A model generated the notes under the pieces. That model worked only from the letters and a program-made list of their open reading frames with translations, searched no databases and was not told where the DNA came from. A stretch of 64,000 nucleotides of DNA, taken from the NCBI GenBank assembly GCA_013043165.1, contig JABDOQ010000069.1, positions 12,827 through 76,826 on the forward strand. The letters run 5' to 3'. Shown one piece after another: positions 8,680 through 17,917 of the stretch (positions are counted from its first letter, which is position 1; each line of letters begins with the position of its first letter). The DNA is from Woeseiaceae bacterium. GTDB taxonomy: Bacteria; Pseudomonadota; Gammaproteobacteria; Steroidobacterales; Woeseiaceae. Position numbers and translations under genes: made by a program.

Positions 8680-10209
8680 TTGACGATAGTTAGGCTGGCA
8701 GTGATCTGCTGCATGCTCGCCGCCTGCAGCGGTGAGGAACGCGACTACGCCGAGGCGAGCGTCGCCGGACTTCACGACGAGTTACAGCGCGGCGAACTCA
8801 GGTCCGAGGAACTCGTTGAGTGGTATATCCGCCAGGTCGAAACGATCGACAGTTCGGGTCCCCAATTGAATTCGATGATCGAGATCAACCCGGACGCCCT
8901 CAGCATCGCTCGCTCCCTGGACGCCGAGTGGGAGACATCCGGACCGCGCGGTCCGCTGCACGGCATTCCCGTGGTGCTGAAAGCAAATATCGACACAGCC
9001 GACCAGATGTACACGAGTGCGGGCTCACTCGCCATGGCCGACCATGCGCCAGCGGCCGACGCTTTTGTCGTCAAACGATTGCGGGACGCCGGCGTCGTAA
9101 TTCTCGGTAAATCGAATCTCAGTGAATGGGCGAATTTTCGTTCGTCGCGATCTTCCAGTGGCTGGAGCAGCGTCGGCGGTCAGACGAAAAACCCGTATGA
9201 CACGGCACGCTCCCCCTGCGGTTCGTCCAGCGGCTCCGCGGTCGCCGTCGCGGCCAATCTGACGGTTCTCGCGGTAGGCACCGAGACTGACGGTTCCGTC
9301 GTCTGTCCCGCCGGCGTCAACGGCGTCGTCGGTATAAAGCCGACGCTTGGTCTCGTGAGCCGCAGCGGCATTATTCCGATAGCGCACAGTCAGGATACGG
9401 CAGGCCCGATGGCTCGGTCCGTGCGTGATGCCGCCATGTTGCTGACCGCGATGACGGGCATAGATGCCGACGACCCCGCAACAGCGAATGCGGAAATTCA
9501 CCACGACTACTCGTCGAACCTGACGGCCGACGGCTTGAGCAAAAAACGCATCGGCATAATTCGTTCCTATTACGGCGCTGGATCGAACCCCGGCGTTGAC
9601 GCAATCCTCGAATCGAGCGTCGCAGTGTTGCAAAAACAGGGTGCCACGATCGTCGACGACATCGAGTACGAAGCGGCAAACATGCATGACGCCGAGTACG
9701 AGGTATTGCTCTACGAATTTCGCGCCGACCTGAATAGCTACCTCGAGAAATCAAAAGCGCCGATGCAAAGCCTCGCCGACCTGATTGCATTCAACGAGGC
9801 GCATGCCACCAGCGTCATGCCGATTTTCGGCCAGGATATTTTTTTGGCGGCTGAGGAAAAAGGGCCGCTGACTACTCCGGAATACCTTGAGGCGCTCGAG
9901 ACGAGCAGAGGCCTTGCCAGGGCAGCGATTGACGACGCCATGGATCAGCATAATCTTGACGCAATTGTCGCGCCAACCAACGGCCCCGCCTGGATGATCG
10001 ATCACGTGAACGGCGATAATTACGGTATCGGCAGTTCCTCGCTGGCCGCGATATCAGGCTACCCGAGCATTACAGTCCCCGCGGGACAGGTTTCCGGGCT
10101 ACCGATCGGGATTTCGTTCATCGGCAAAGCCTGGAATGAGAAACAGCTCATAGAGATTGCCTATGCATTCGAGCAAGCTACAGGCGCCAGGTTTGCCCCG
10201 AACCCCTGA
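8680..10209 (+). CDS. Amidase (amidase-signature family), lipoprotein-type signal
   Basis: AS signature GGQTKNPYDTARSPCGSSSGSAVAVAANL and the catalytic KANID region. N-terminal LAACSG lipobox. TTG start with GAGGAG upstream. Confidence 0.88.
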   Translation: MTIVRLAVICCMLAACSGEERDYAEASVAGLHDELQRGELRSEELVEWYIRQVETIDSSGPQLNSMIEINPDALSIARSLDAEWETSGPRGPLHGIPVVLKANIDTADQMYTSAGSLAMADHAPAADAFVVKRLRDAGVVILGKSNLSEWANFRSSRSSSGWSSVGGQTKNPYDTARSPCGSSSGSAVAVAANLTVLAVGTETDGSVVCPAGVNGVVGIKPTLGLVSRSGIIPIAHSQDTAGPMARSVRDAAMLLTAMTGIDADDPATANAEIHHDYSSNLTADGLSKKRIGIIRSYYGAGSNPGVDAILESSVAVLQKQGATIVDDIEYEAANMHDAEYEVLLYEFRADLNSYLEKSKAPMQSLADLIAFNEAHATSVMPIFGQDIFLAAEEKGPLTTPEYLEALETSRGLARAAIDDAMDQHNLDAIVAPTNGPAWMIDHVNGDNYGIGSSSLAAISGYPSITVPAGQVSGLPIGISFIGKAWNEKQLIEIAYAFEQATGARFAPNP

Positions 10210-10226
10210 TATAGCCGGATCACTCG

Positions 10227-10997
10227 ATGTTCAAAGCCGTTCGCATTTCAATTCTGTTGTTTGTTCTGTTCTTTGTTGCGGTCAGCACCTGGTTGACGCA
10301 GGCGCGCAGCACCGACTGGAACAACAGCCTCTGGGTCAAGGTCTATCCGATCAACGGCGATGGCAGCGCTGAGTCGACCGAGTACATAAAAGGGCTCAGT
10401 GTTAGCGACTTTGAGGGCATAGAGACCTTTCTTGAGCGGGAAGCCGGCAAGTATGCGATTCGACTTTCTCGGCCGGTTCGGATCGAACTGGGCCAGGAAA
10501 TCAGCGCTCAGCCACCGTCACTCGCCGACGGACCCAACGCATTGTCCGTAATGCTCTGGTCCCTGAAAATGCGCTGGTGGGCCAGCGATGTTACTGACGA
10601 CCAGGACCGTATCAAACCGGACGTCAGGATCTTCGTTCGTTACCATGCGCCAGAGGCCGATATCGTGCTCGAAAATTCGGTCGGGCTGCAAAAAGGCATG
10701 GTCGGTGTTGTCAATGGCTACGCGAGCCGCCGTTATCGCGGCAGCAACCATGTCATCATCGCGCACGAATTCCTGCACACGCTGGGCGCCACCGATAAAT
10801 ACAGTCCGGGCGACGGGCAACCCCTTGAGCCGGAAGGCCTGGCCGAACCTGACCGCATACCGCTTTATCCGCAGCGATACGCCGAGATCATGGGCGGTCG
10901 GATTGCACTTGCTACTGACGATGCCATCGTCCCGAAGAGCCTCAAGCACGCCGTTATCGGGCCGCTGACCGCACGCGAGATCAATCTAACCGACTGA
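10227..10997 (+). CDS. Hypothetical membrane-anchored protein with an HExxH motif (putative zinc metallopeptidase)
   Basis: N-terminal TM helix (ISILLFVLFFVAVSTWL). The single HEFLH motif sits in HVIIAHEFLHTLGATDKY. I do not recognise the family. Confidence 0.5.
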   Translation: MFKAVRISILLFVLFFVAVSTWLTQARSTDWNNSLWVKVYPINGDGSAESTEYIKGLSVSDFEGIETFLEREAGKYAIRLSRPVRIELGQEISAQPPSLADGPNALSVMLWSLKMRWWASDVTDDQDRIKPDVRIFVRYHAPEADIVLENSVGLQKGMVGVVNGYASRRYRGSNHVIIAHEFLHTLGATDKYSPGDGQPLEPEGLAEPDRIPLYPQRYAEIMGGRIALATDDAIVPKSLKHAVIGPLTAREINLTD

Positions 10998-11005
10998 CGC
11001 GACTT

Positions 11006-11833
11006 TTGCTGCGGTGTCCGGTGAGCTACGCTCACAGCATGCACGACATCGGCACTTCGCAATTTTCCTGCAACAGCGTCCGCGTCGGCGTGGCGGGCCG
11101 CCTGCTCGTAGATGCGCTCGAACTGAACGTCATGGGTGGCGAACTTATCGCCGTACTGGGGCAGAACGGTTCCGGAAAATCGCTGACAATGCACACGCTT
11201 GCCGGCCTGCGACCGACTGATTCAGGACGGGTGCTTCTGAATGGCCGCGACCTTGCAACGACCCGCCGGCAGGAAATTTCGAAGTGGCTCGCGCTGCTGC
11301 CGCAACACGTTGACGATATTTTTCCGGCGACGGTTCTGGACACGGCGATGATAGGCCGCCACCCGCACATTGGACGCCTCAGCTGGGAATCGGATCATGA
11401 TTACGCGGTGGCTAATGAAGCACTCGCTGCGGTTGGCCTTGCGGGCCTTTCGGCAAGAGACGTCCTGACGTTGTCGGGGGGCGAACGCCGGCGATTGGCG
11501 ATAGCCCAGGTGCTAACCCAGCAGCCGCATATTTATCTGCTTGACGAACCCACCAATCACCTCGATCCGCAGCATCAAATTGATGCTTTGCAGCTGTTTC
11601 GTGACAAAGCCGATACGGGTAATGTCGTTATCGCCAGCCTTCACGACGTGAATCTCGCCGTACGTTATGCAGACCGCTGTCTGCTGCTGTACGGCGACGG
11701 TCGCTGGGACCTCGGTGCAAGCAGCGAAATACTGAATCCTGAGCGTCTGAGCGCGCTTTATTCGACGCCGATGGAGGCCATCGACTGGCGATCGCGCCAG
11801 CTATTCATCGCCTCAGGCGACGTATCCACGTAG
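11006..11833 (+). CDS. ABC transporter ATP-binding protein, iron-siderophore/cobalamin (FepC/BtuD/HmuV) type
   Basis: Walker A GQNGSGKS, signature LSGGERRRLAIA, Walker B IYLLDEPTNHLD. The start is uncertain: TTG at 11006 or ATG at 11039. No permease gene is adjacent. Confidence 0.82.
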   Translation: MLRCPVSYAHSMHDIGTSQFSCNSVRVGVAGRLLVDALELNVMGGELIAVLGQNGSGKSLTMHTLAGLRPTDSGRVLLNGRDLATTRRQEISKWLALLPQHVDDIFPATVLDTAMIGRHPHIGRLSWESDHDYAVANEALAAVGLAGLSARDVLTLSGGERRRLAIAQVLTQQPHIYLLDEPTNHLDPQHQIDALQLFRDKADTGNVVIASLHDVNLAVRYADRCLLLYGDGRWDLGASSEILNPERLSALYSTPMEAIDWRSRQLFIASGDVST

Positions 11834-12646
11834 CGAGGCGAGGTATTTTGCGTGAAGTACCGGGTTCGCCGCGAGCACAGAGCGGGTGTGCAAGTCTGGC
11901 GTTTCACCGTTGAGATCCGTAAATACGCCGCCGGCCTCATCGACGATGATCGAGAGCGCGGCAATATCCAGGATATTTACATCCGATTCAATCACGGCTT
12001 CGATCTTCCCGGCGGCCAGCAAATGATAATGGTAAAAATCGCCGTAGCCGCGAATTCGATCGGCGCGCTCGACAATATTCCCCAGGGCCGACCAGCCATC
12101 GCTGCCGGCAAGTGATTTGAGGTTGCCAACAGAAACTGCAGCTCGATCAGGATCGTCTATGGCGCTGACGGAAAGACGCTGGCCATTAAGCCATGCCCCC
12201 TGGCCTTTCTCGGCCCAGGCCAGTTCGTCCATCATCGTTCCACTGGACACGCCGAGTATGATCTCGCCTCTGTGCATCAGCGCAATCTGCGTGGAAAAAA
12301 ACGGATACTGACGAACGAAACCCTTGGTGCCATCGATCGGATCCACGAGCCACAGATAGTCGGCGTCTTCCTGCGTACGACCTGTTTCCTCGCCGTAAAA
12401 ACCGTGCTCCGGAAAGCGCTCGAGAACGGTCCTGCGGATCGCCTGCTCGCACTCGACGTCAGCCTGGGTGACTGGCGTCAGGTCCGCTTTGGTCGTTACG
12501 GTAAAATTTCCGGCGTAATAGCGACGGCTGATGTCCGCCGCTTCTTTAGCTGCGCTCAGCGCGACTCGCAAATGCTCCGATGCGCTGCTTTCGAGATAAT
12601 TTGCCACGACCAGATTTCCTATGCATTCGGATGATGTCAGGGTCAA
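11813..12646 (-). CDS. Inositol monophosphatase family protein (possibly histidinol-phosphatase HisN type)
   Basis: IMPase motifs WLVDPIDGTKGF and DIAALSIIVDEAGG. The 3' end overlaps the convergent ABC ATPase by 21 nt. Confidence 0.75.
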   Translation of the reverse strand: MTLTSSECIGNLVVANYLESSASEHLRVALSAAKEAADISRRYYAGNFTVTTKADLTPVTQADVECEQAIRRTVLERFPEHGFYGEETGRTQEDADYLWLVDPIDGTKGFVRQYPFFSTQIALMHRGEIILGVSSGTMMDELAWAEKGQGAWLNGQRLSVSAIDDPDRAAVSVGNLKSLAGSDGWSALGNIVERADRIRGYGDFYHYHLLAAGKIEAVIESDVNILDIAALSIIVDEAGGVFTDLNGETPDLHTRSVLAANPVLHAKYLASLRGYVA

Positions 12647-12715
12647 CGAACGGCGCCACTATGGCCGCAAGCGTCAGGATTGACAAGCCAGGGCGCGCCT
12701 CGCAGGGCACCTCGC

Positions 12716-12744
12716 TTGACAGCCTCCCGGTACCTGCCTATCGT
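12716..12744 (+). promoter_or_regulatory. Candidate sigma-70 promoter for the riboswitch-btuB transcript
   Basis: TTGACA (12716-12721), a 17-nt spacer, then TATCGT (12739-12744). Confidence 0.5.
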
Positions 12745-12750
12745 CTGGCC

Positions 12751-12975
12751 TTCATCAGGTGAACCCGAAATGGCTTGTTTCGGGTGAACGGGAAGCCGGT
12801 GTTGCGTGGCCGATCAGGTATCGGCGCAAGCGAATCCGGCGCTGCCCCCGCAACGGTGATCGAGTGAAAACCGTAACCCCTGCATCGAAGATGCAGAGCC
12901 ACTGCGAAACCAGGAATTTTCGCGGGAAGGCGTTACGGCAGGAGAAGTCCGCTCGTCAGCCCGGAGACCGGCCCG
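12751..12975 (+). ncRNA. Cobalamin (B12) riboswitch
   Basis: Conserved core strings GGTGAACGGGAAGCCGGTG and GCGCTGCCCCCGCAACGGTGA, plus the B12 box GCCACTG (12898-12904) followed by GGGAAGGCG. It sits directly upstream of a TonB-dependent receptor (btuB). The ends are approximate. Confidence 0.85.
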
Positions 12976-13095
12976 GTGAAACGCGAATGGCGCGGCGGGC
13001 GCATGTTCGGGCGTGTTAGCCAAAGCGTCCTTGTTCCCCCCACCATCCAGACACGAGCATTTTGAGCGTGCGGGCGGCACGCAGGGGAACATCGG

Positions 13096-14871
13096 ATGAG
13101 ACCTTCCAAGTCTATTGCGCTGGCGGCCTTACTGTCCGTCTCATCGCTGTCAGTGGCCGCAGACATCTCGCCGGGTGAAACTTTAATTGTCACCGCGACC
13201 CGGACGCCAATACCGTTGTCCGACGCAACGGTGCCCGTGACCGTAATCACGCGTGAAGACATCGAGCTGTCGCTGGCGTCAGACCTCTCCGAGCTACTGC
13301 GCTTCGAGGCCGGAATCGATATTGGTCGTAACGGCGGCCCGGGCCAGGCAACCTCGATATTTCTGCGCGGTACCGAAAGCAATCATACGCTGGTGCTGAT
13401 CGACGGCGTTCGTATGAACCCGAGCACGATCGGCGGTGCGGCGATCCAGAACATTGCGCCTGAAGTTATCGAGCGCATCGAGATTGTCAAAGGTGCGCGG
13501 TCGGCATTATTCGGCACTGATGCCATCGGTGGCGTAATCAATATCATCACGCGTCGTGCGGACAGGGCTTATTTCGAGGGAGTCTTCGGCGCAGGCAGCT
13601 TCGCGTCGCAGTCAGGGCATGTATCCGGAGGCACCAGAAATGACGACAGTGATTTCGGCCTCAACCTGAATTGGCAGACGACCGACGGTTATGCACCGCG
13701 CACGGATTCCGATATCACGCGTGGCTATGACAACGTGTCGGCAAACCTCTATGCAACCAAGCGATTCGACGCAAACGAGGTCAGCGTTCGCCACTGGCGC
13801 GGTGCAGGCAATGTCGAGTACCTGGATTTCTTCCTTAGTCCCGTCGATCAGGATTTTGAAAATGCCGTCACGGCCATCGAACTTGGCTCCCGAGTCTCCG
13901 AATTCGGCAACAGCAAGCTGATCCTGTCCTTTGTGCAGGACGAAATAGTACAAAATCAGGCGCCTGACTTCGTCAATTCGGAGCGGCTGAGCCTCGACTG
14001 GCAATACAGCCATGCATTCGGGAAGCACACGCTGACCGGTGGCATGTTAGCCGTCGAGGAAGATGCCAGTGCACTGTCGTTTGGGTCCGGATTTCGCGAG
14101 GATACAAGTATTCGCGCGCTATTTGTGCAGGACCAGACCGTCCTCGGCCGTCACAAGGGCTTCCTGGCATTACGGCTGACCGACCACGAGAATTTCGGCA
14201 ATCACACAACCTGGAACGCCGAATACGCTTTCGAATTCAGCGATGCGCTCACGCTGAACCTGGGGCTGGGGCACGCGTTCCGTGCACCGGATGCAAGCGA
14301 CCGTTTCGGCTACGGCGGCAACCCCGACCTCGAACCCGAACTCGCGGATGAGCGCCAGCTGGCGCTGCGGTATGCACCTGGCGGCCGTCACAGTCTCGAG
14401 TTCGAGTATTACGCAAATGACATTGAAGATCTGATCGAATTTGACCTGCAGAACTTTGTACTAACGAACCTGAACGAGGCCAAGATCCGCGGCGTGCAGA
14501 TCGGTTACGAATACCGCGGGGAGAACTTCACGCTGCGTGCTGACATTGTCAGGCAGCGGGCTGACGACGCAGTTAGCGGCGCACGATTGTTGCGGCGCGC
14601 CGAGCGGACGGCGTCTTTCAGCTATGCGCAAAACATTGGTCTGCATCGACTGGGACTCTCGATGCTTGCCAGCGGCGACCGGGTAGATTTCGGCGGTGCT
14701 GAACTTGCGGGTTATGTCGTTGCAAACCTGACCGGTCAGCTGCAACTGAGCGACACGTGGCAGCTTAATGCGCGCATCGAAAACCTGCTGAACGCCGAGT
14801 ACCAGACCGCGGCGAATTATCGGATGCAGGAACGGAGCGGTTTTCTCGAGCTAAAATACAGCTGGCGATAG
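13096..14871 (+). CDS. btuB: TonB-dependent vitamin B12 outer-membrane receptor
   Basis: Signal peptide, TonB box/plug (ETLIVTATRTPIPLSDATVPVTVITREDIE, NGGPGQATSIFLRGTESNHTLVLIDGVRMN), and a beta-barrel ending in an aromatic-rich C-terminus. Preceded by a B12 riboswitch. Confidence 0.9.
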   Translation: MRPSKSIALAALLSVSSLSVAADISPGETLIVTATRTPIPLSDATVPVTVITREDIELSLASDLSELLRFEAGIDIGRNGGPGQATSIFLRGTESNHTLVLIDGVRMNPSTIGGAAIQNIAPEVIERIEIVKGARSALFGTDAIGGVINIITRRADRAYFEGVFGAGSFASQSGHVSGGTRNDDSDFGLNLNWQTTDGYAPRTDSDITRGYDNVSANLYATKRFDANEVSVRHWRGAGNVEYLDFFLSPVDQDFENAVTAIELGSRVSEFGNSKLILSFVQDEIVQNQAPDFVNSERLSLDWQYSHAFGKHTLTGGMLAVEEDASALSFGSGFREDTSIRALFVQDQTVLGRHKGFLALRLTDHENFGNHTTWNAEYAFEFSDALTLNLGLGHAFRAPDASDRFGYGGNPDLEPELADERQLALRYAPGGRHSLEFEYYANDIEDLIEFDLQNFVLTNLNEAKIRGVQIGYEYRGENFTLRADIVRQRADDAVSGARLLRRAERTASFSYAQNIGLHRLGLSMLASGDRVDFGGAELAGYVVANLTGQLQLSDTWQLNARIENLLNAEYQTAANYRMQERSGFLELKYSWR

Positions 14872-14885
14872 GCACGGAGCAAGAC

Positions 14886-15437
14886 GTGGCAAACAGACTC
14901 AGCAAGATCTATACGCGTACCGGCGATGACGGCACGACGGGCCTTGGCGATGGCAGCCGAACACCGAAGGACAGTGCACGCGTCGAGGCCTACGGGACAG
15001 TAGACGAGGCCAACAGCGCGATTGGCGTTGTACTCGCGTCGGGTGCCGTGCCTGCCGACGTTCGACGTTGTCTTGTCGATGTGCAGCATGATCTGTTCGA
15101 GCTGGGTGGCGAGCTTTGCATCCCGGGCCATAGCGCGGTCACAGACACATTCATCGACCGCCTCGAATCCGACCTTGACGCTTTTAACCAAGACCTGCCG
15201 AGCCTGAAGGAATTCATCCTTCCGGGTGGCAGCCAGGCAGCGGCGGCGTGCCACCTCGCGCGTACCATTACCCGCCGCGCCGAACGTCGTGCTTATACGC
15301 TGGCCAACGTCGAAGACGTTCGACCCGAAGTAGTGAAGTACTTGAACCGGCTATCCGATCTGCTGTTTGTCGTGGCCCGCGTGCTCGCTCGCGCCGAGTC
15401 GGGCGAGGAAGTTCTCTGGAATCGAGATCGATCGTAA
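14886..15437 (+). CDS. ATP:cob(I)alamin adenosyltransferase, PduO/MMAB type
   Basis: N-terminal IYTRTGDDGTTGL motif. 183 aa. Lies 14 nt downstream of btuB. Confidence 0.88.
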   Translation: MANRLSKIYTRTGDDGTTGLGDGSRTPKDSARVEAYGTVDEANSAIGVVLASGAVPADVRRCLVDVQHDLFELGGELCIPGHSAVTDTFIDRLESDLDAFNQDLPSLKEFILPGGSQAAAACHLARTITRRAERRAYTLANVEDVRPEVVKYLNRLSDLLFVVARVLARAESGEEVLWNRDRS

Positions 15438-15465
15438 CAACACGCCCAGGTGAAAGACGGCTCGC

Positions 15466-16332
15466 CTACCTCTTGCTGAAAGCGTCGCGATTGAAGCGGG
15501 CCTGTTGTAGCGCGAGGCACAGGGCGCCCCCCGCAACAATCAGTCGGGGTGTCGCACGGGTAATTTCGTCAGCAGGAAGCAAGAACAGATTGCCGTACAG
15601 ATTGGCCGAAATTGCCGGCCAGCGCTGCCATTCGGCAAATCCGTCGTCACCTGCGTCGGTGCTCGCGAGCATCACTTCGGGGTTACGGTCAACGACCGCC
15701 TCTACCGAGATTGCCGGCGCCAGCTCTGTAAGGTCATCAAATACGTTCCTGCCGCCACAAATCTCGATCAGCTCGCTGACGTAGTGCTCGCGATTGACGG
15801 TATAAAGCGGCCTGGCGGAGACCTGGTAGAAAACACTGATCGGCGCGCGCCCGTCATTCGATGCGCGCAAGCTCGAAAGCTCCTGCTCGAATTTTTCTGC
15901 AACGGCCCGAGCCTCGGATACCTGGCCCGTCAGCTCACCGATGCGCAGCATCGCTTTGCTGATGTCTGCAATGCTCCGCGTACGTATTTGCTCAACCGTA
16001 TAACCGGCCTTGCGCAGCTCGTCGACGGTATGCTCGGCTGTGCCGCTCTCCCAGACCAGCAGCAGATCGGCATTCAGCAGCGCCAGTTGTTCCTGGTCGA
16101 CTGTAAATGCATCACCGACCACCGGCAGGTCACGCGCCTCGGCCGGATAATCTGACCAGGCACTGACGCCGACCAGCCTGGCACCCGCGCCAACGGCGAA
16201 GACGAGTTCGGTCAGGCTGGGCGCGAGCGTCACGACGCGCTCATACGACTCCGGCGCGGACTTACTGCCTGCAGGATCGGGGCAGCCACAAAGTAGAGTG
16301 GCCAGGCACGCGAGCGCCAGCGCCCGCGTCAC
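15466..16332 (-). CDS. btuF: Periplasmic cobalamin-binding protein
   Basis: Lipoprotein-like signal (LLCGC). VVTLAPSLTELVFAVGAGARLVGVSAWSDYP is typical of BtuF / class 8 solute-binding proteins. Confidence 0.8.
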   Translation of the reverse strand: MTRALALACLATLLCGCPDPAGSKSAPESYERVVTLAPSLTELVFAVGAGARLVGVSAWSDYPAEARDLPVVGDAFTVDQEQLALLNADLLLVWESGTAEHTVDELRKAGYTVEQIRTRSIADISKAMLRIGELTGQVSEARAVAEKFEQELSSLRASNDGRAPISVFYQVSARPLYTVNREHYVSELIEICGGRNVFDDLTELAPAISVEAVVDRNPEVMLASTDAGDDGFAEWQRWPAISANLYGNLFLLPADEITRATPRLIVAGGALCLALQQARFNRDAFSKR

Positions 16333-17240
16333 CGGGTGAGGCCATACAACGTCATGGCGGAGATGATTACGGCCCAGATGATGAGCAGCCGAAATACGAG
16401 CTGGTTGGCGGCAATTGCGCCACGCACGCCGCGCTCTGTGATCGACTCATCCGGCTTGTCAACGAGCGCGAGCGCCGCCGTACCGACGCGAGCAAGAAGA
16501 TTTTCACTATGCTCGGAAAGCGTTGCGTCACGTTGCTCGGTCGGCACACGCATGGCCGATATTGCCTCGTCAAAATGGCCTGCTGTTGCATAACCAACAG
16601 CGGTCAGCCGGGCCGGGATCCATGCCAGCCAGCCATGCAGGCTAACGGCGGCATCACGCAGATGCTGGCCGTTACCTTCGGACGCTTCGCCCCGCGCTGC
16701 GTTGAAAACCGCGCGGCCCCGTATCAGGTCGGTGACACGATAGGCCCAGGCCGCAAGCGGCCCGAGCAAAACGAACCAGAACACGATAGCAAACAGGTGA
16801 TTGTTGGCCTGCACACAGATGGACTCCTCGACAGCCCGGATGCGTTCCCGCGCATCCTCGGGCACATCACTCTCGACGATCGCTTTTACAGCATTGTGAA
16901 TTGCCTCTTCGTCTCCAGATTCCAGGGCCTTGCAGTATTCATCGACTTCCTCACCGACGTCCTTGGGGCCCAGCGAGAAGAACAGCACGACGATGGCAAG
17001 AATCAGGTAAGTGAATCCGGAAAGCGTCCCACCGAGGCTGAAAATGACCGCGAATACGGGCAACACGAGCAACGCGGCCAGCAGGATCACAGGAATCAGC
17101 GGTGGCCAGTTGGCGACGCGCTCTGCCTGCTTGAAACCAAAATCAATTATGCGGTCAAGCCAGCGCATGCGGCGCCAGTGAAACCACTGGGTCGCGAGTC
17201 GTTCGATAACCAGTCCGATAAGAAGGGCGATCAGGTTCAT
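16329..17240 (-). CDS. ampE: AmpE-family inner membrane protein
   Basis: The N-terminus MNLIALLIGLVIERL and C-terminus MTLYGL parallel E. coli AmpE (..LIFERL.., ..LTIYGALV). Multi-TM, located downstream of ampD as in E. coli. Confidence 0.75.
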   Translation of the reverse strand: MNLIALLIGLVIERLATQWFHWRRMRWLDRIIDFGFKQAERVANWPPLIPVILLAALLVLPVFAVIFSLGGTLSGFTYLILAIVVLFFSLGPKDVGEEVDEYCKALESGDEEAIHNAVKAIVESDVPEDARERIRAVEESICVQANNHLFAIVFWFVLLGPLAAWAYRVTDLIRGRAVFNAARGEASEGNGQHLRDAAVSLHGWLAWIPARLTAVGYATAGHFDEAISAMRVPTEQRDATLSEHSENLLARVGTAALALVDKPDESITERGVRGAIAANQLVFRLLIIWAVIISAMTLYGLTR

Positions 17241-17289
17241 AAGAGTTCAGCTCTGTTACCAGGGTTGGGCAGGAGTCACGCGCGATGCA

Positions 17290-17856
17290 TCAAGACTCTC
17301 CAAGCCCATCATACAATCGCAGCCAGTCGAAAGCAGGGCCCGGATCGGTTTTGCGACCGGGAGCAATGTCACAATGACCGGCAACTTCCCTGGCCGTAAT
17401 CGTCGGATAGGCTTGAAATATGGCGCAGAGCACCTCGCCCAGCGTGGCATATTGCCGGTCGTCATAGGCCGTTTCGTCTTCGCCCTCGAGCTCAATGCCG
17501 ATCGAATAGTCATTGCAGCAGTGTTTTCCGCGAAAGCACGATTCGCCGGCATGCCACGCTCGCATCGAAAACGGTACGAACTGGGTCACTGTTCCGTCCC
17601 GCCGAATCAGCAGGTGAGCCGACACCTCAAGCCCGCGTATTTCATCGAAGTACGGGTGCGCGTCGTGATCGAGCGAATTCGTGAACAAAGCAGCGATTTC
17701 CGAACCGCCGAACCCGCCTGGCGGCAGGCTGATGCCATGAATGACGACCAGTTCAGGACAGGCACCCGCCGGCCGCGCATCCTGATTCGGGCTGTGACAC
17801 TGCGCAGCCGGTTTAATCAGCCCGGTATCGGGGGAAATAGTAAAGTGCGTTTGCAT
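17290..17856 (-). CDS. ampD: 1,6-anhydro-N-acetylmuramyl-L-alanine amidase
   Basis: Amidase_2 motifs VVIHGISLP, SAHLLIRRDG, RAWHAGES, NDYSIGIELEG. Start set to ATG 17856, which leaves a 61-bp divergent gap to rsmE; the track start at 17919 would overlap rsmE. Confidence 0.88.
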   Translation of the reverse strand: MQTHFTISPDTGLIKPAAQCHSPNQDARPAGACPELVVIHGISLPPGGFGGSEIAALFTNSLDHDAHPYFDEIRGLEVSAHLLIRRDGTVTQFVPFSMRAWHAGESCFRGKHCCNDYSIGIELEGEDETAYDDRQYATLGEVLCAIFQAYPTITAREVAGHCDIAPGRKTDPGPAFDWLRLYDGLGES

Positions 17857-17917
17857 GGACTCGCCGGAACTTCCAATATCATGCTGGCGGGATGCCAGGG
17901 AACCATTATAGTAGACC

